From NCBI GenBank assembly GCA_037201625.1, contig JBBCGR010000002.1, forward strand, positions 12,831 to 76,830: 64,000 nt of DNA, given 5' to 3'. The position numbers and the translations under genes were made by a program. This DNA comes from Acetobacteraceae bacterium. Lineage in GTDB: Bacteria > Pseudomonadota > Alphaproteobacteria > Acetobacterales > Acetobacteraceae. Positions 1-10,283 of the stretch are shown here, piece after piece (the stretch's first letter is position 1; every line of letters begins with the position of its first letter). The notes under the pieces were generated by a model, which saw only the letters and a program-made list of their open reading frames with translations, had not been told where the DNA came from and made no database searches.

Positions 1-826
1 CCACATAGTCGCGACGGAAATCCGCCGTGCCGAACAGCATGTCCCACCAAGGCAGCACTGCGCCGTAGTTGCAGCTCCGCTGGCCGGCGGCGAGCAGCCC
101 GTGATGCGCACGATGGAACCGCGGCGAGATCAGCAGCCGGTCGCCGATGGGACCGAACGACACCCGCGCATTGGCGTGCGACAGGCTCTCGAGGAAGCGC
201 AGCACCAGCACCAGCAGTGGGAACTGCAGCGGCGGCACACCGATCGCCAGCGCGATCACGCCGAACCACAGCGCGCCGATCAGGTCGTCCAGGATGTGGT
301 TGCGGTCATCCGACCAGAAGGTCATCTGCCGCTGCGCGTGGTGCAGCGAGTGCAGCGCCCACCACCAGCGAAACGTATGCGACAGCCGGTGCCGCCAGTA
401 TTCGGCGCAGTCCAGGATGATCGCATACAGCACGAAGGTCAGCACCGGCTGGCCGAGCAGGAACGGCACCAGCCGCTCCAGCGTCGGCGGCACATAGCCG
501 TTGTCCGCCAGGAAGCCGTTCAGCGCCACCTGCGCGCGATAGAACAGCACGAAGGTGAACAGCGGCAGGATGCCGACGCGCGAGATCAGCGTATAGATCA
601 CGTCCACCCACACCGCCTTGGCGTCCGGCCATCGCTCCACCGGGCGCCAGTGCTCCAGCGGCACGCAGACCGCGAACGTCACCGCGACCTGCACCGCGCC
701 ATACACCGCGAACAGTGCCCAGCCGTACGACACGTCCTCCCACTGCATCAGCCCGAGCGTGTACAGCAGCGGGATCAGCAGGTGCTCCTGCAGCAGGCCG
801 GCGAGGCTGTCGAACGGATCGCCCAT
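1..826 (-). CDS. fatty acid hydroxylase / sterol desaturase superfamily membrane protein (3' end cut by window edge)
   Basis: Own minus-strand translation from ATG at 826 (MGDPFDSLAGLLQEHLLIPLLY...). It is open to position 1, so it is absent from the ORF track. Histidine boxes HRLSH, HSLHH, HRAHH. ORFs 101..1945 and 306..1097 look like shadows. Confidence 0.7.
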   Translation of the reverse strand, partial: MGDPFDSLAGLLQEHLLIPLLYTLGLMQWEDVSYGWALFAVYGAVQVAVTFAVCVPLEHWRPVERWPDAKAVWVDVIYTLISRVGILPLFTFVLFYRAQVALNGFLADNGYVPPTLERLVPFLLGQPVLTFVLYAIILDCAEYWRHRLSHTFRWWWALHSLHHAQRQMTFWSDDRNHILDDLIGALWFGVIALAIGVPPLQFPLLVLVLRFLESLSHANARVSFGPIGDRLLISPRFHRAHHGLLAAGQRSCNYGAVLPWWDMLFGTADFRRDYV

Positions 827-829
827 CGC

Positions 830-1804
830 TCAGCGCGCCGCCACACTCGGCGCCACCGAGCCTTTCGGGTTCAGGAAGATGCCGTGCGGCGAACGGCCGA
901 CCTCGATCGTCGCATACTCGCCGGTCTTCGGATCGAGCACGGCCACGCGCTCCGCCCAGCGCCGCGTGATCCACAGCTTGCCGTCGGGCGCGAAGGCGAT
1001 GTCGTCCGGCCCGCCGGGGATCGCATAGCTGCGGATCGGCGTGAGCGTCGCCGCATCGAGCGACACCGTGGTGCCCGCGACGCGGTTGTTCACCCACAGG
1101 ATCTTCCGGTCGGGCGAATAGAACAGCGTGTGCGCGCCCTTGCCGGTCTGGATGCGCCGCAGCACGCGCCCGTCCGCCGGATCGACCTCGGCCACATGGT
1201 CGGACCCCATATTGGCGACCAGCACGCGGCCGTCATGCCAAGTGACGCCGGCCGGTGCCTTGCCCACCTTCGCCACCCACTGCACTGCCAGCTTCGCAAG
1301 GTCGATCGCCACCAGGCTGTCGGTGCCCTGCAGGCTGACGAACACGCGCGAAGAATCCGGCGTGTAATCCAGATGGCTCGGCATCGAGGCGATCGGGATG
1401 CGCTTCAGCAGTTGCAGGCTGCCGCCGTCGTAGATGTCGACCTGGTTGCGCGCGAGACCGGCCACCACCAGGAACTTCCCGTTCGGGCTGAAGCCAAGCT
1501 GATACGGATCGGCCATCGTCATGCGCTTCTGCAGCGCGCCGGTGGCCGGATCGAAGAACAGCATCTCATTGCCGACGGTGTCGCCGATCAGCAGGCTTCG
1601 TCCGTCGGGCGTCAGCGCGAGATGGTGCGGCTCCCGCAGCACCGGGATGCGGCGCAGTTCCTTCTGACTCGACATGTCGATCAGGCTGACCGACGCACCG
1701 GCCGAGTTGATCACGAACGCAATTCCCGCCGCGCGGGCGGGACCGGCGGCCAGCCCGGACAGCAGCAGCGACAGCAGGATCGGGACGACACGTGCGGCTC
1801 GCAT
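830..1804 (-). CDS. YncE-like / YVTN-type beta-propeller repeat protein, secreted
   Basis: ORF 830..1819. Signal peptide MRAARVVPILLSLLLSGLAAGPARAAG. Repeated ~40-aa units (P.GL..SPDG..L.V.N..). ATG at 1804 follows GGAG; the track start at 1819 is TTG. Confidence 0.8.
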   Translation of the reverse strand: MRAARVVPILLSLLLSGLAAGPARAAGIAFVINSAGASVSLIDMSSQKELRRIPVLREPHHLALTPDGRSLLIGDTVGNEMLFFDPATGALQKRMTMADPYQLGFSPNGKFLVVAGLARNQVDIYDGGSLQLLKRIPIASMPSHLDYTPDSSRVFVSLQGTDSLVAIDLAKLAVQWVAKVGKAPAGVTWHDGRVLVANMGSDHVAEVDPADGRVLRRIQTGKGAHTLFYSPDRKILWVNNRVAGTTVSLDAATLTPIRSYAIPGGPDDIAFAPDGKLWITRRWAERVAVLDPKTGEYATIEVGRSPHGIFLNPKGSVAPSVAAR

Positions 1805-1836
1805 GCGGTGCGGCTCCAACGGCGGTGGCGCTGTGC

Positions 1837-3207
1837 CTACGCCACCTCACCCGTGTGCATCAAGCGCGTCTCGCGGGCAAAGACCCCTGTCGCGAACGTG
1901 AAGAAGACGCAGGCGGTCGTGGCGATCAGCACATTGTCGGTGTAGGCGTGCGCGGCGAAGGCGAGGAACACCAGCCGCATGATCACCTTGTCGGTGCGGC
2001 ACAGGCGGCGCGTGTGGCGCACCACCCAGGCCACGAACATCGCGATCAGCAGCGCCCGTCCGATCTGGCCGCCCTCCACCAGCACCCGCAGGTATTCGTT
2101 GTGGGCGGCCCAGCTTTGAATGGTACGCGCGACCTCGCTGTCGGGCGGGATGACCGCATTGCCGGCACCCACACCCCAGCCGACCCAGGGTGACGCCGCG
2201 GCCGCCTGCTCGAACGGCGGCCACAGCAGGTCGCGGCCACTGAAATTCCCGGCGCCGGTGGCCAGCACGTTGAACAGCCGCACCATCGGCAGGTCGTGCG
2301 CCAGCACCGCCAGCAGCGGCAGCAGGCAGGCGGCCAGCAGGACCGGCAGGATGCGGTAGCGGCGCGGAAACACCGGCGAGCGTACGAACACGAGCGTGAG
2401 GGCGGTCACCGCGACCGCATAGGCCAGCGGCGCACGCGCACCCGTCAGCACCAGGATCAGGAAGTTCACCCCCAGCAGCAGCAGCCAGCGCGTGCGGCCC
2501 TCGCGATACAGTTCGATCAGGCAGGCGTAGATCGCCGCCAGGCAGAAACCGGCGAGGAAGGCCGGATGGCCGAGACCCGCCAGCCGCTGCCCGCCGCTCT
2601 CGACGAACACCGGCCTCACCCCGCCAAGGTCCAGCAGCACGCCGGCCAGCGTCGAGATCAGCGGAATGATCGTGGTGGCATGCACGATCGCCGTGCCCCA
2701 GCGCGGCGACAGGCGGCTGAACGCGAAGGCGAACGGTGCCACCGATCCCACCAGCGAGCGCAGGCTGTCCGCCAGGGTCAGGTCCGGATGCAGCCCGTGC
2801 GCCAGGCCGGCCACGAACATCGCACCGAACGCGAGCCCCGGGTTGAATACATCGGCAAACCCGCCGTAGCGCACGATGCACAGGCCGGCGAGCAGGAGTT
2901 CGGCCGTCTTCACCGCGGCAATCGTGCTCTGGAACGCGCCCGGCCCGATCAGGTCGATGAAGGCCATCTCGAGCGTGGCACCGGCCACCAGGAGCCAGGC
3001 CACGCAGAATGCAGTCGTGTGGCGGAGGGCGAGCGCCCCGACCGCGACGACCGCGAGCAGCGCCAGCGGCAGCCAGAACCAGACCGGTGCGAGCACCGTC
3101 GCCACGCCCGCCGCGATGAACGCGCCGCAGATCGCCAGCGGCACCGGCTGGCTCCAGTCCGGTGTTCCCGGCCAGGATGCAGAGACGCGGATCGCCATAC
3201 ATCCCAT
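1837..3207 (-). CDS. O-antigen ligase (Wzy_C) family polytopic membrane protein
   Basis: 456-aa ORF with many hydrophobic helices. Periplasmic-loop motif AHNEYLRVLVEGG is typical of O-antigen ligase-like proteins. Confidence 0.75.
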   Translation of the reverse strand: MGCMAIRVSASWPGTPDWSQPVPLAICGAFIAAGVATVLAPVWFWLPLALLAVVAVGALALRHTTAFCVAWLLVAGATLEMAFIDLIGPGAFQSTIAAVKTAELLLAGLCIVRYGGFADVFNPGLAFGAMFVAGLAHGLHPDLTLADSLRSLVGSVAPFAFAFSRLSPRWGTAIVHATTIIPLISTLAGVLLDLGGVRPVFVESGGQRLAGLGHPAFLAGFCLAAIYACLIELYREGRTRWLLLLGVNFLILVLTGARAPLAYAVAVTALTLVFVRSPVFPRRYRILPVLLAACLLPLLAVLAHDLPMVRLFNVLATGAGNFSGRDLLWPPFEQAAAASPWVGWGVGAGNAVIPPDSEVARTIQSWAAHNEYLRVLVEGGQIGRALLIAMFVAWVVRHTRRLCRTDKVIMRLVFLAFAAHAYTDNVLIATTACVFFTFATGVFARETRLMHTGEVA

Positions 3208-3284
3208 TGCACCACGAAAACCTTACCGAACCGCTTTTTCTTCCCGCCGGATCGGCTAGGCTTTCCCCAAAGAGGGGGAACGAC

Positions 3285-4205
3285 ATGGGCGAACTGCGCG
3301 TGGTGGCGACCGGACTGTGCTTCCCGGAAGGGCCGGTGGCGATGGCGGACGGCTCCATCGTCCTGGGCGAGATCGAACGCCAGACGCTGAGCCGCGTGCT
3401 GCCCAACGGCACCGTGCAGGTGATCGCGCATACCGGCGGCGGACCGAACGGCGTGGCGCTCGGGCCGGACGGCGCCTTCTACATCTGCAACAACGGCGGC
3501 TTCGCCTGGCGGCTCGAGGACAATCTGTTCCGCCCCGCCATGGCGTCCTCGGACTATGTCAGCGGCAGCATCCAGCGGGTCGATGCTGCCACCGGCGCGG
3601 TGACCGTGCTGTACGACCGCTGCGGCGCCAACAGGCTGAACGGGCCGAACGACATCGTGTTCGACACGCATGGCGGCTTCTATTTCACCGATCTCGGCAA
3701 GACCCGCGCGCGCGACCGCGATCAAGGCGTGATCTACTACGCGCTGGCGGATGGCTCGCGCATCGCTGAGGTCGCCTATCCCGCGCTGACGCCGAACGGC
3801 ATCGGCCTGTCGCTGGACGGCCGCGTGCTCTACGTGGCCGAAACCGAGCCCGGGCGGCTCTGGGCGTTCGACATCACCGCACCGGGCGTCGTCGCCAGGC
3901 AGGGCTGGCCGTCACCGAATGGCGGCCGCCTGGTCGCCGGCCTGCCGGGCTTCCAGCGTTTCGACAGCCTGGCGGTGGAGGCGTCCGGCAATATCTGCGT
4001 GGCGACGCTGATCACCGGCTGCATCAGCGTGTTCGCGCCGGACGGCAGGCTGCTGCGACAGGTCGCGATGCCCGACCCGGTCACCACCAATATCTGCTTC
4101 GGCGGCCCCGATCTGCGCACCGCCTACGTGACGCTGTCGGGCACCGGGCAACTGGTGGCGCTGGACTGGGCGGAGCCGGGCCTGCGCCTGGCCTACGAGG
4201 GGTGA
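3285..4205 (+). CDS. SMP-30/gluconolactonase/LRE family protein
   Basis: MGELRVVATGLCFPEGPVAMADGSIVL..., NGPNDIVFD, PNGIGLS blocks. ATG 3285 is preceded by AGAGGGGG; upstream part of ORF 3162..4205 rejected. Confidence 0.8.
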   Translation: MGELRVVATGLCFPEGPVAMADGSIVLGEIERQTLSRVLPNGTVQVIAHTGGGPNGVALGPDGAFYICNNGGFAWRLEDNLFRPAMASSDYVSGSIQRVDAATGAVTVLYDRCGANRLNGPNDIVFDTHGGFYFTDLGKTRARDRDQGVIYYALADGSRIAEVAYPALTPNGIGLSLDGRVLYVAETEPGRLWAFDITAPGVVARQGWPSPNGGRLVAGLPGFQRFDSLAVEASGNICVATLITGCISVFAPDGRLLRQVAMPDPVTTNICFGGPDLRTAYVTLSGTGQLVALDWAEPGLRLAYEG

Positions 4206-4252
4206 GGAACAGAGCGCCCGAGGGGGCTGAGGGGGCCGCGAGGCCGCGGCGC

Positions 4253-5497
4253 CTACGGCACCCGCACCAGGCGATGCTGCTTGCGCCCGGCCGACAGCTT
4301 GATCGCATCGTCGTGCAAGTCGGCCATCGTCACGGTATGGCCTTCATCCTTCACCGGCATGTCGTTGATGCGCGCGCCGCCGCCGCGGATCAGCCGGCGC
4401 GCCTCGCCGTTGCTGCCGGCCAGCCCCGCCAGGGCGAAAAGCCGGAACGCCGGGATGCCGGCAGCCAGGTCGTCGCGCGCGACCTCGATGCTGGGCAGGG
4501 TCGCCGCCGCCTCACCCTCCTCGAAGGCGCGCCGCGCCGTCTCGGCTGCCTCCAGCGCGGCTTCGGCCCCATGCGCCAGCGCGGTCGCCTCGGTCGCCAG
4601 CACCTTCTTCGCCTCGTTGATCTCCGCCCCGCCGAGCGCCTCCAGCCGGGCGATCTCGTCCAGTGGCAGGTCGGTGAACAGCCGCAGGAAGCGGCCGACA
4701 TCGGCGTCCTCGGTGTTGCGCCAGAACTGCCAGTAATCGTAGGGCGACAGCCGGTCGCGCGTCAGCCAGACCGCGCCCTGCGCCGACTTGCCCATCTTGG
4801 CGCCCGAGGCGGTGGCGATCAGCGGCGTGGTCAGGCCGTACACCGTGCGGTTGTCGGTGCGCCGCGTCAGGTCGATGCCGCAGACGATGTTGCCCCACTG
4901 GTCCGATCCGCCGATCTGCAGTGCGACGCCGTAGCGCCGGCCGAGTTCGCGGAAATCGTAACTCTGCAGGATCATGTAGTTGAATTCTAGGAAAGTGAGC
5001 GAGTGCTCGCGCTCCAGCCGGATCCGCACCGAATCGAAGCTCAGCATGCGGTTGATCGTGAAGTGCGTGCCGACCTCACGCAGCAGCGGGATGTAGCCGA
5101 GGCTGCCCAGCCAGTCGTCGTTGTTGGCCATGAGCGCGTCGGACGGGCCGTCGCCGAAGCGCAGGAACGGATCGAAGCAGCGGCGGATGCCGGCCATGTT
5201 GGCGGCGATCTGCGCATCGGTCAGCAACTGGCGGGATTCGTCCTTGCCCGACGGATCGCCGATCCGCGTGGTGGCGCCGCCCATCAGCACCAGCGGCCGG
5301 TGGCCATGGCGCTGCAGCAGGCGCAGGAGCATGATCTGCACCAGGCTGCCGACATGCAGGCTGTCGGCCGTGCAGTCGAAGCCGATATAGGCGGTCAGCG
5401 GACCAGCGCTGAACGCCGCGTCGAGGCCGTCGGTGTCGGTGCACTGGAAGACGAAGCCGCGCTCGGTGGCTTCCCGGAGGAATTCGCTGTTGACCAT
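4253..5497 (-). CDS. tyrS: tyrosine--tRNA ligase
   Basis: 414 aa. Class I HIGH-like (DSLHVGSL) and KMGKS motifs, plus a C-terminal S4-like domain. Confidence 0.95.
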   Translation of the reverse strand: MVNSEFLREATERGFVFQCTDTDGLDAAFSAGPLTAYIGFDCTADSLHVGSLVQIMLLRLLQRHGHRPLVLMGGATTRIGDPSGKDESRQLLTDAQIAANMAGIRRCFDPFLRFGDGPSDALMANNDDWLGSLGYIPLLREVGTHFTINRMLSFDSVRIRLEREHSLTFLEFNYMILQSYDFRELGRRYGVALQIGGSDQWGNIVCGIDLTRRTDNRTVYGLTTPLIATASGAKMGKSAQGAVWLTRDRLSPYDYWQFWRNTEDADVGRFLRLFTDLPLDEIARLEALGGAEINEAKKVLATEATALAHGAEAALEAAETARRAFEEGEAAATLPSIEVARDDLAAGIPAFRLFALAGLAGSNGEARRLIRGGGARINDMPVKDEGHTVTMADLHDDAIKLSAGRKQHRLVRVP

Positions 5498-5534
5498 GGT
5501 GCGGCTGGGCTAGCACAGACGCGGACGGGGGAAA

Positions 5535-6611
5535 ATGCTGCGCACGATCGGACTGATGAGCGGCACGTCGCTCGACGGTGTCGACGCCGCCTGGCTGGAG
5601 ACCGACGGCGAGCGGATCGGCGCGTTCGGGCCGGCGCTGACGGTGCCCTATGACGACGGCCTGCGAAACGACCTGCGCCACCTGCTGGACCTGGCGCCGA
5701 CCCTGGATCCGGACGATGCCGGGCTGCGGCACGCCCAGGCGCGGCTGACCGCCTATCACGCCCGCGCCGTCGCGGCACTGGACCGCGAGGCCGACCTGAT
5801 CGGCTTCCACGGCCAGACCATACTGCACCAGCCCGACCGGCAGCGGACCTGGCAGATCGGCGACGCGGATGCCCTGGCGCGGCTCACCGGACTGCCGGTG
5901 GCGCATGATTTCCGCTCGGCCGATGTCGCCGCCGGCGGCCAGGGCGCGCCGCTCGCGCCGGTGTACCATGCGGCGCTGGCGGCCGATGCGCCGAAGCCGC
6001 TCGCGGTGCTGAACATCGGCGGCGTCGCGAACGTCACCTGGATCGGCGCTGATGGCACGCTGGTCGCCTTCGATACCGGGCCCGGCAACGGCCCGCTGGA
6101 CGACTGGACCTCGCGCCGCGCCGGCACCGCCTATGACCGCGACGGGGCGCTGGCACGCTCGGGCCAGGTGGACGCCGGCGTGCTCGCCCGCCTGCTGGCC
6201 GATCCCTATTTCGCCCGCCCGGCGCCCAAGTCGCTCGATCGGCTGGACTTCGCCGCCTCGCTGGCGGCGAGCGGCCTCGATGTCCTGGCGCCGGCCGATG
6301 GCGCGGCGACGCTGGTCGCGTTCACCGCCGCCGCGGTCGCCGCCGCGCCGCTGCCGGCCGCCCCGCTGCGCTGGCTGGTCACCGGCGGGGGCCGGCACAA
6401 CCCGGCCATCATGGCCGAGTTGCGCCGCCGCCTTGGCGCGCCGGTCGATCCGGTGGAGGCGCTGGGCTGGAACGGCGACACGCTGGAGGCGCAGTGCTTC
6501 GGCTTCCTCGCCGCCCGCACCCGCGCGGGCCTGCCGCTGAGCTTTCCCGGGACCACCGGTGCCCCTGCCCCGCTCACCGGCGGGCGGGTGACGATGCCGC
6601 CGCGGCCATGA
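5535..6611 (+). CDS. anmK: anhydro-N-acetylmuramic acid kinase
   Basis: N-terminus MLRTIGLMSGTSLDGVDAAW and overall length (358 aa) are characteristic of AnmK. Confidence 0.9.
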   Translation: MLRTIGLMSGTSLDGVDAAWLETDGERIGAFGPALTVPYDDGLRNDLRHLLDLAPTLDPDDAGLRHAQARLTAYHARAVAALDREADLIGFHGQTILHQPDRQRTWQIGDADALARLTGLPVAHDFRSADVAAGGQGAPLAPVYHAALAADAPKPLAVLNIGGVANVTWIGADGTLVAFDTGPGNGPLDDWTSRRAGTAYDRDGALARSGQVDAGVLARLLADPYFARPAPKSLDRLDFAASLAASGLDVLAPADGAATLVAFTAAAVAAAPLPAAPLRWLVTGGGRHNPAIMAELRRRLGAPVDPVEALGWNGDTLEAQCFGFLAARTRAGLPLSFPGTTGAPAPLTGGRVTMPPRP

Positions 6612-6629
6612 CAACAGCGCGTCACCCTG

Positions 6630-6722
6630 ATGCCTGACAGCAAGCACGGCGCGACCGTTAATGCCCGACAGCAAGCACGGCGCGATCCTTAATGCCTGAC
6701 GGCAAGCATGGCGCGCCGATCT
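6630..6722 (+). repeat. three tandem 31-bp copies of the vanZ-family gene start (ATGCCTGACAGCAAGCACGGCGCG...)
   Basis: Copies at 6630-6660, 6661-6691 and 6692-6722. Only the third is in frame with the long ORF; copies 1 and 2 start with ATG and stop after 20 and 12 codons. Confidence 0.85.
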
Positions 6723-7966
6723 GGCCGATCGCCCTCCTGATGGTGGGCGTCATCCTGTACGGCTCGCTGTATCCGTTCGAACTGCGCGTGCCGACCGATG
6801 GGCCCGGCCCGCTGCTGACCTTCATGGCAAGCTGGAAGCAGCGGGTCAGCCGCGTCGACTTCATCGCCAACGTGCTGCTCTATCTGCCGTTCGGCTTCTT
6901 CTTCCTGCTGAGCTTTCCGCCGGCCCGCCGCCGCGCGGCGCTCGGCCTGGTCGTGGCCTGCGGCGCGGCGCTGTCGCTCGCGATCGAGTTCACCCAGTAC
7001 TACGACGCCGGCCGCGTCACATCGGCCAGCGACTTCTACACCAACACGATCGGCACGCTGATCGGCGGGCTGGGCGCGCGCGTGCTGGGCCGCAGCTTCC
7101 GCATGCCCTTCGCCGGCGAGGTCTGGGCGCGGCCGATCCCCACCATGCTGCTGCTGGCCTGGCTGGCGCACGACCTCTACCCGTACGTGCCCTCGCTCGA
7201 CGTGCACAAATACTGGAACGCGCTGAAGCCGATCTTCCTGGTGCCGACGCTGACGCCGTACGACCTGTTCTGCCAGACCGCGCTCTGGCTCGCGGTCTAC
7301 GCGCTGGGCGCGGCCATCATCGGCACCAGGACGGCCACGCGCCTCGCCCTGCCCTTCGCCGGCGCCGTACTGTTCAGCGAGGTGCTGATCGTCGAGAAGA
7401 TGCTGGGCGTCGCCGACATCGCCGGCGCGCTCGGCGGCTTCGTCGTGTGGCTGCTGCTGCGCCCCGCCTCCGAGCGCATGCGCGACGGCGCCATCGGCGT
7501 TGTCCTGTGCCTCTACCTCATCGTCCAGCAGCTTGAGCCGTTCGAGTTCGGCGGCGCGCGGCGGCCCTTCGTCTGGCTGCCGTTCTACGGCCTGATGCAC
7601 GGCTCGCTGCTGCTGGACATGCTGGCGTTCCTCGAGAAATTCTTCCTGTACGGCAGCGTGCTCTACCTGCTCGGCAAGGGCATCGGGCGGCCTCTGGTCA
7701 CGACGATCGTGGTCGCCGGCCTGCTGTTCGTCACAAGCTGGGTGGAGACCTACCTGCCCGACCGCTCGGCCGAGATCACCGACACGCTGATCGCGATCAT
7801 CGTCGCCATCGTGTTCGCCCTGCTGCCTGCGGGACGGCCGCCGCTGTCCGCCCCGCGCGCCGCCGTGCCGGTCCCCGTCCCGCCGCCGACCCCCGAAGCC
7901 GGCCAGGCCCTGCGCGAGTGGCAGCGCGAGCAGGCACGCGCGCTGGGGATCGAGCCGGACCGCTGA
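6692..7966 (+). CDS. VanZ family membrane protein with extended C-terminal membrane domain
   Basis: N-terminal block ILYGSLYPFE...FIANVLLYLPFGFFF is typical of VanZ-like proteins. Multiple TM helices. Confidence 0.7.
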   Translation: MPDGKHGAPIWPIALLMVGVILYGSLYPFELRVPTDGPGPLLTFMASWKQRVSRVDFIANVLLYLPFGFFFLLSFPPARRRAALGLVVACGAALSLAIEFTQYYDAGRVTSASDFYTNTIGTLIGGLGARVLGRSFRMPFAGEVWARPIPTMLLLAWLAHDLYPYVPSLDVHKYWNALKPIFLVPTLTPYDLFCQTALWLAVYALGAAIIGTRTATRLALPFAGAVLFSEVLIVEKMLGVADIAGALGGFVVWLLLRPASERMRDGAIGVVLCLYLIVQQLEPFEFGGARRPFVWLPFYGLMHGSLLLDMLAFLEKFFLYGSVLYLLGKGIGRPLVTTIVVAGLLFVTSWVETYLPDRSAEITDTLIAIIVAIVFALLPAGRPPLSAPRAAVPVPVPPPTPEAGQALREWQREQARALGIEPDR

Positions 7967-8067
7967 CCCCCCGACGCTGACTCGCCCTGGCGCGAATTTG
8001 GTTTGCAACAGCGCCGGCCAGCGGTAGAGTGCAATTGCGAACTATTTGCAATAATGGGGAGGTTGAT

Positions 8068-9108
8068 ATGCGGCGACGCATGGTGGCGCTGGGCATCGGC
8101 GCCGCGCTGGTCTCGGCTGCAATGGCGGCGGTCGTGACGGCCGGTCAGGCGGCGGCGCAGACGGTGAACCTCTACAACGCGCGCCACTACGGCACCGACC
8201 AGACGCTGTGGGACAGCTTCACCAGGCAGACCGGCATCAAGGTCAACGTGGTGCAGGGCGGCCAGGACGAACTGGTGCAGCGGCTGATCACCGAGGGCGC
8301 CAACAGCCCGGCCGATGTGTTCATCACGGTCGATGCCGGGCGGCTGGCCTTCGCCGCCGACAAGGGGCTGTTCCAGCCGGTGAAGACTCCCGCGCTGGAG
8401 GCCGCGATCCCGGCGCATCTGCGCGAGCCGAACGGCCTGTGGTACGGCGTCGCGGTGCGCGCCCGGGTGCTGGTCTACGACCGCCAGAAGGTGCAGCCGG
8501 AGGATCTCTCGACCTACGAGGCGCTCGCCGAACCGAAGTTCAAGGGCAAGATCCTGGTCCGCAGCGGCACCTATATCTACAACCTCAGCCTGCTCGGCTC
8601 GATCATCGCGGCCGATGGCGCGGCGGCGGCCGAGGCCTGGGCGAAGGGGCTGGTTGCCAATATGGCGCGGCCGCCGCAGGGCGGCGACACCGACCAGATC
8701 AAGGCGGTGGCCGCCGGCGTCGGCGACATCGCCATCTCCAACAGCTACTACTTCGCGCGCCTGGTGGCCTCGGACAAACCCGACGACAAGGCGATCGCCG
8801 CGAAGCTCGGGGTGTTCTTCCCCAACCAGAACAACCGCGGCACCCATGTCAACGTGAGCGGTGCGGGCGTCACGCGGTCGGCGCCCAACAAGGACAATGC
8901 GGTGAAGTTCCTGGAGTTCCTGGCCTCGCCCGACGCCCAGCGCTACTTCGCCGACGTCGCCTTCGAATATCCGGCCAATCCCAAGGTGCCGCCGCACCCG
9001 GTGCTGGCCGGCTTCGGCACGTTCCGCCAGGACACGCTGAACGCCGCCACCTATGGCGCCAACAACGTCGAGGCCGCCCGCATCATGGACCGCGCCGGCT
9101 GGAAATAG
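8068..9108 (+). CDS. Fe(3+) ABC transporter substrate-binding protein (FbpA/AfuA-like)
   Basis: Signal peptide then TVNLYNARHYGTDQTLWDSFT..., DVFITVDAGRL. ATG 8068 follows GGGGAGG. Confidence 0.85.
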   Translation: MRRRMVALGIGAALVSAAMAAVVTAGQAAAQTVNLYNARHYGTDQTLWDSFTRQTGIKVNVVQGGQDELVQRLITEGANSPADVFITVDAGRLAFAADKGLFQPVKTPALEAAIPAHLREPNGLWYGVAVRARVLVYDRQKVQPEDLSTYEALAEPKFKGKILVRSGTYIYNLSLLGSIIAADGAAAAEAWAKGLVANMARPPQGGDTDQIKAVAAGVGDIAISNSYYFARLVASDKPDDKAIAAKLGVFFPNQNNRGTHVNVSGAGVTRSAPNKDNAVKFLEFLASPDAQRYFADVAFEYPANPKVPPHPVLAGFGTFRQDTLNAATYGANNVEAARIMDRAGWK

Positions 9109-9206
9109 AGCGTGATCCGTACAGGTAGAATCACCGGAGCGGTGAATCACGCTCTCAGATAACGAGCTGGAGCGGATTCCGTGAGCCTACACGAACGGAA
9201 TCCGCT
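9108..9206. repeat. two REP-like palindromic hairpins acting as a probable bidirectional terminator between convergent genes
   Basis: GAGCGTGAT(9108-9116)/ATCACGCTC(9146-9154) with an inner TCACC..GGTGA hairpin. Second hairpin has a 13-bp stem, GAGCGGATTCCGT(9170-9182)/ACGGAATCCGCTC(9194-9206). Confidence 0.5.
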
Positions 9207-9218
9207 CTAGCCGCGACG

Positions 9219-10275
<1,057 letters not shown>

Positions 10276-10283
<8 letters not shown>

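Noticed and set aside
101-1945. 614-aa plus-strand ORF, and similar very long ORFs opposite or out of frame to real genes: 5076..6674, 6689..8008, 7750..9150, 15198..17066, 16903..17904, 19493..20875, 20936..22282, 21972..24494, 38368..40593, 46485..48242, 56287..57921, 58336..59742, 61060..62814.
   Set aside because: Arg/Pro/Gly/His-rich junk translations, typical of stop-poor alternative frames in very GC-rich DNA. Each overlaps a gene with clear family motifs on the other strand or frame.
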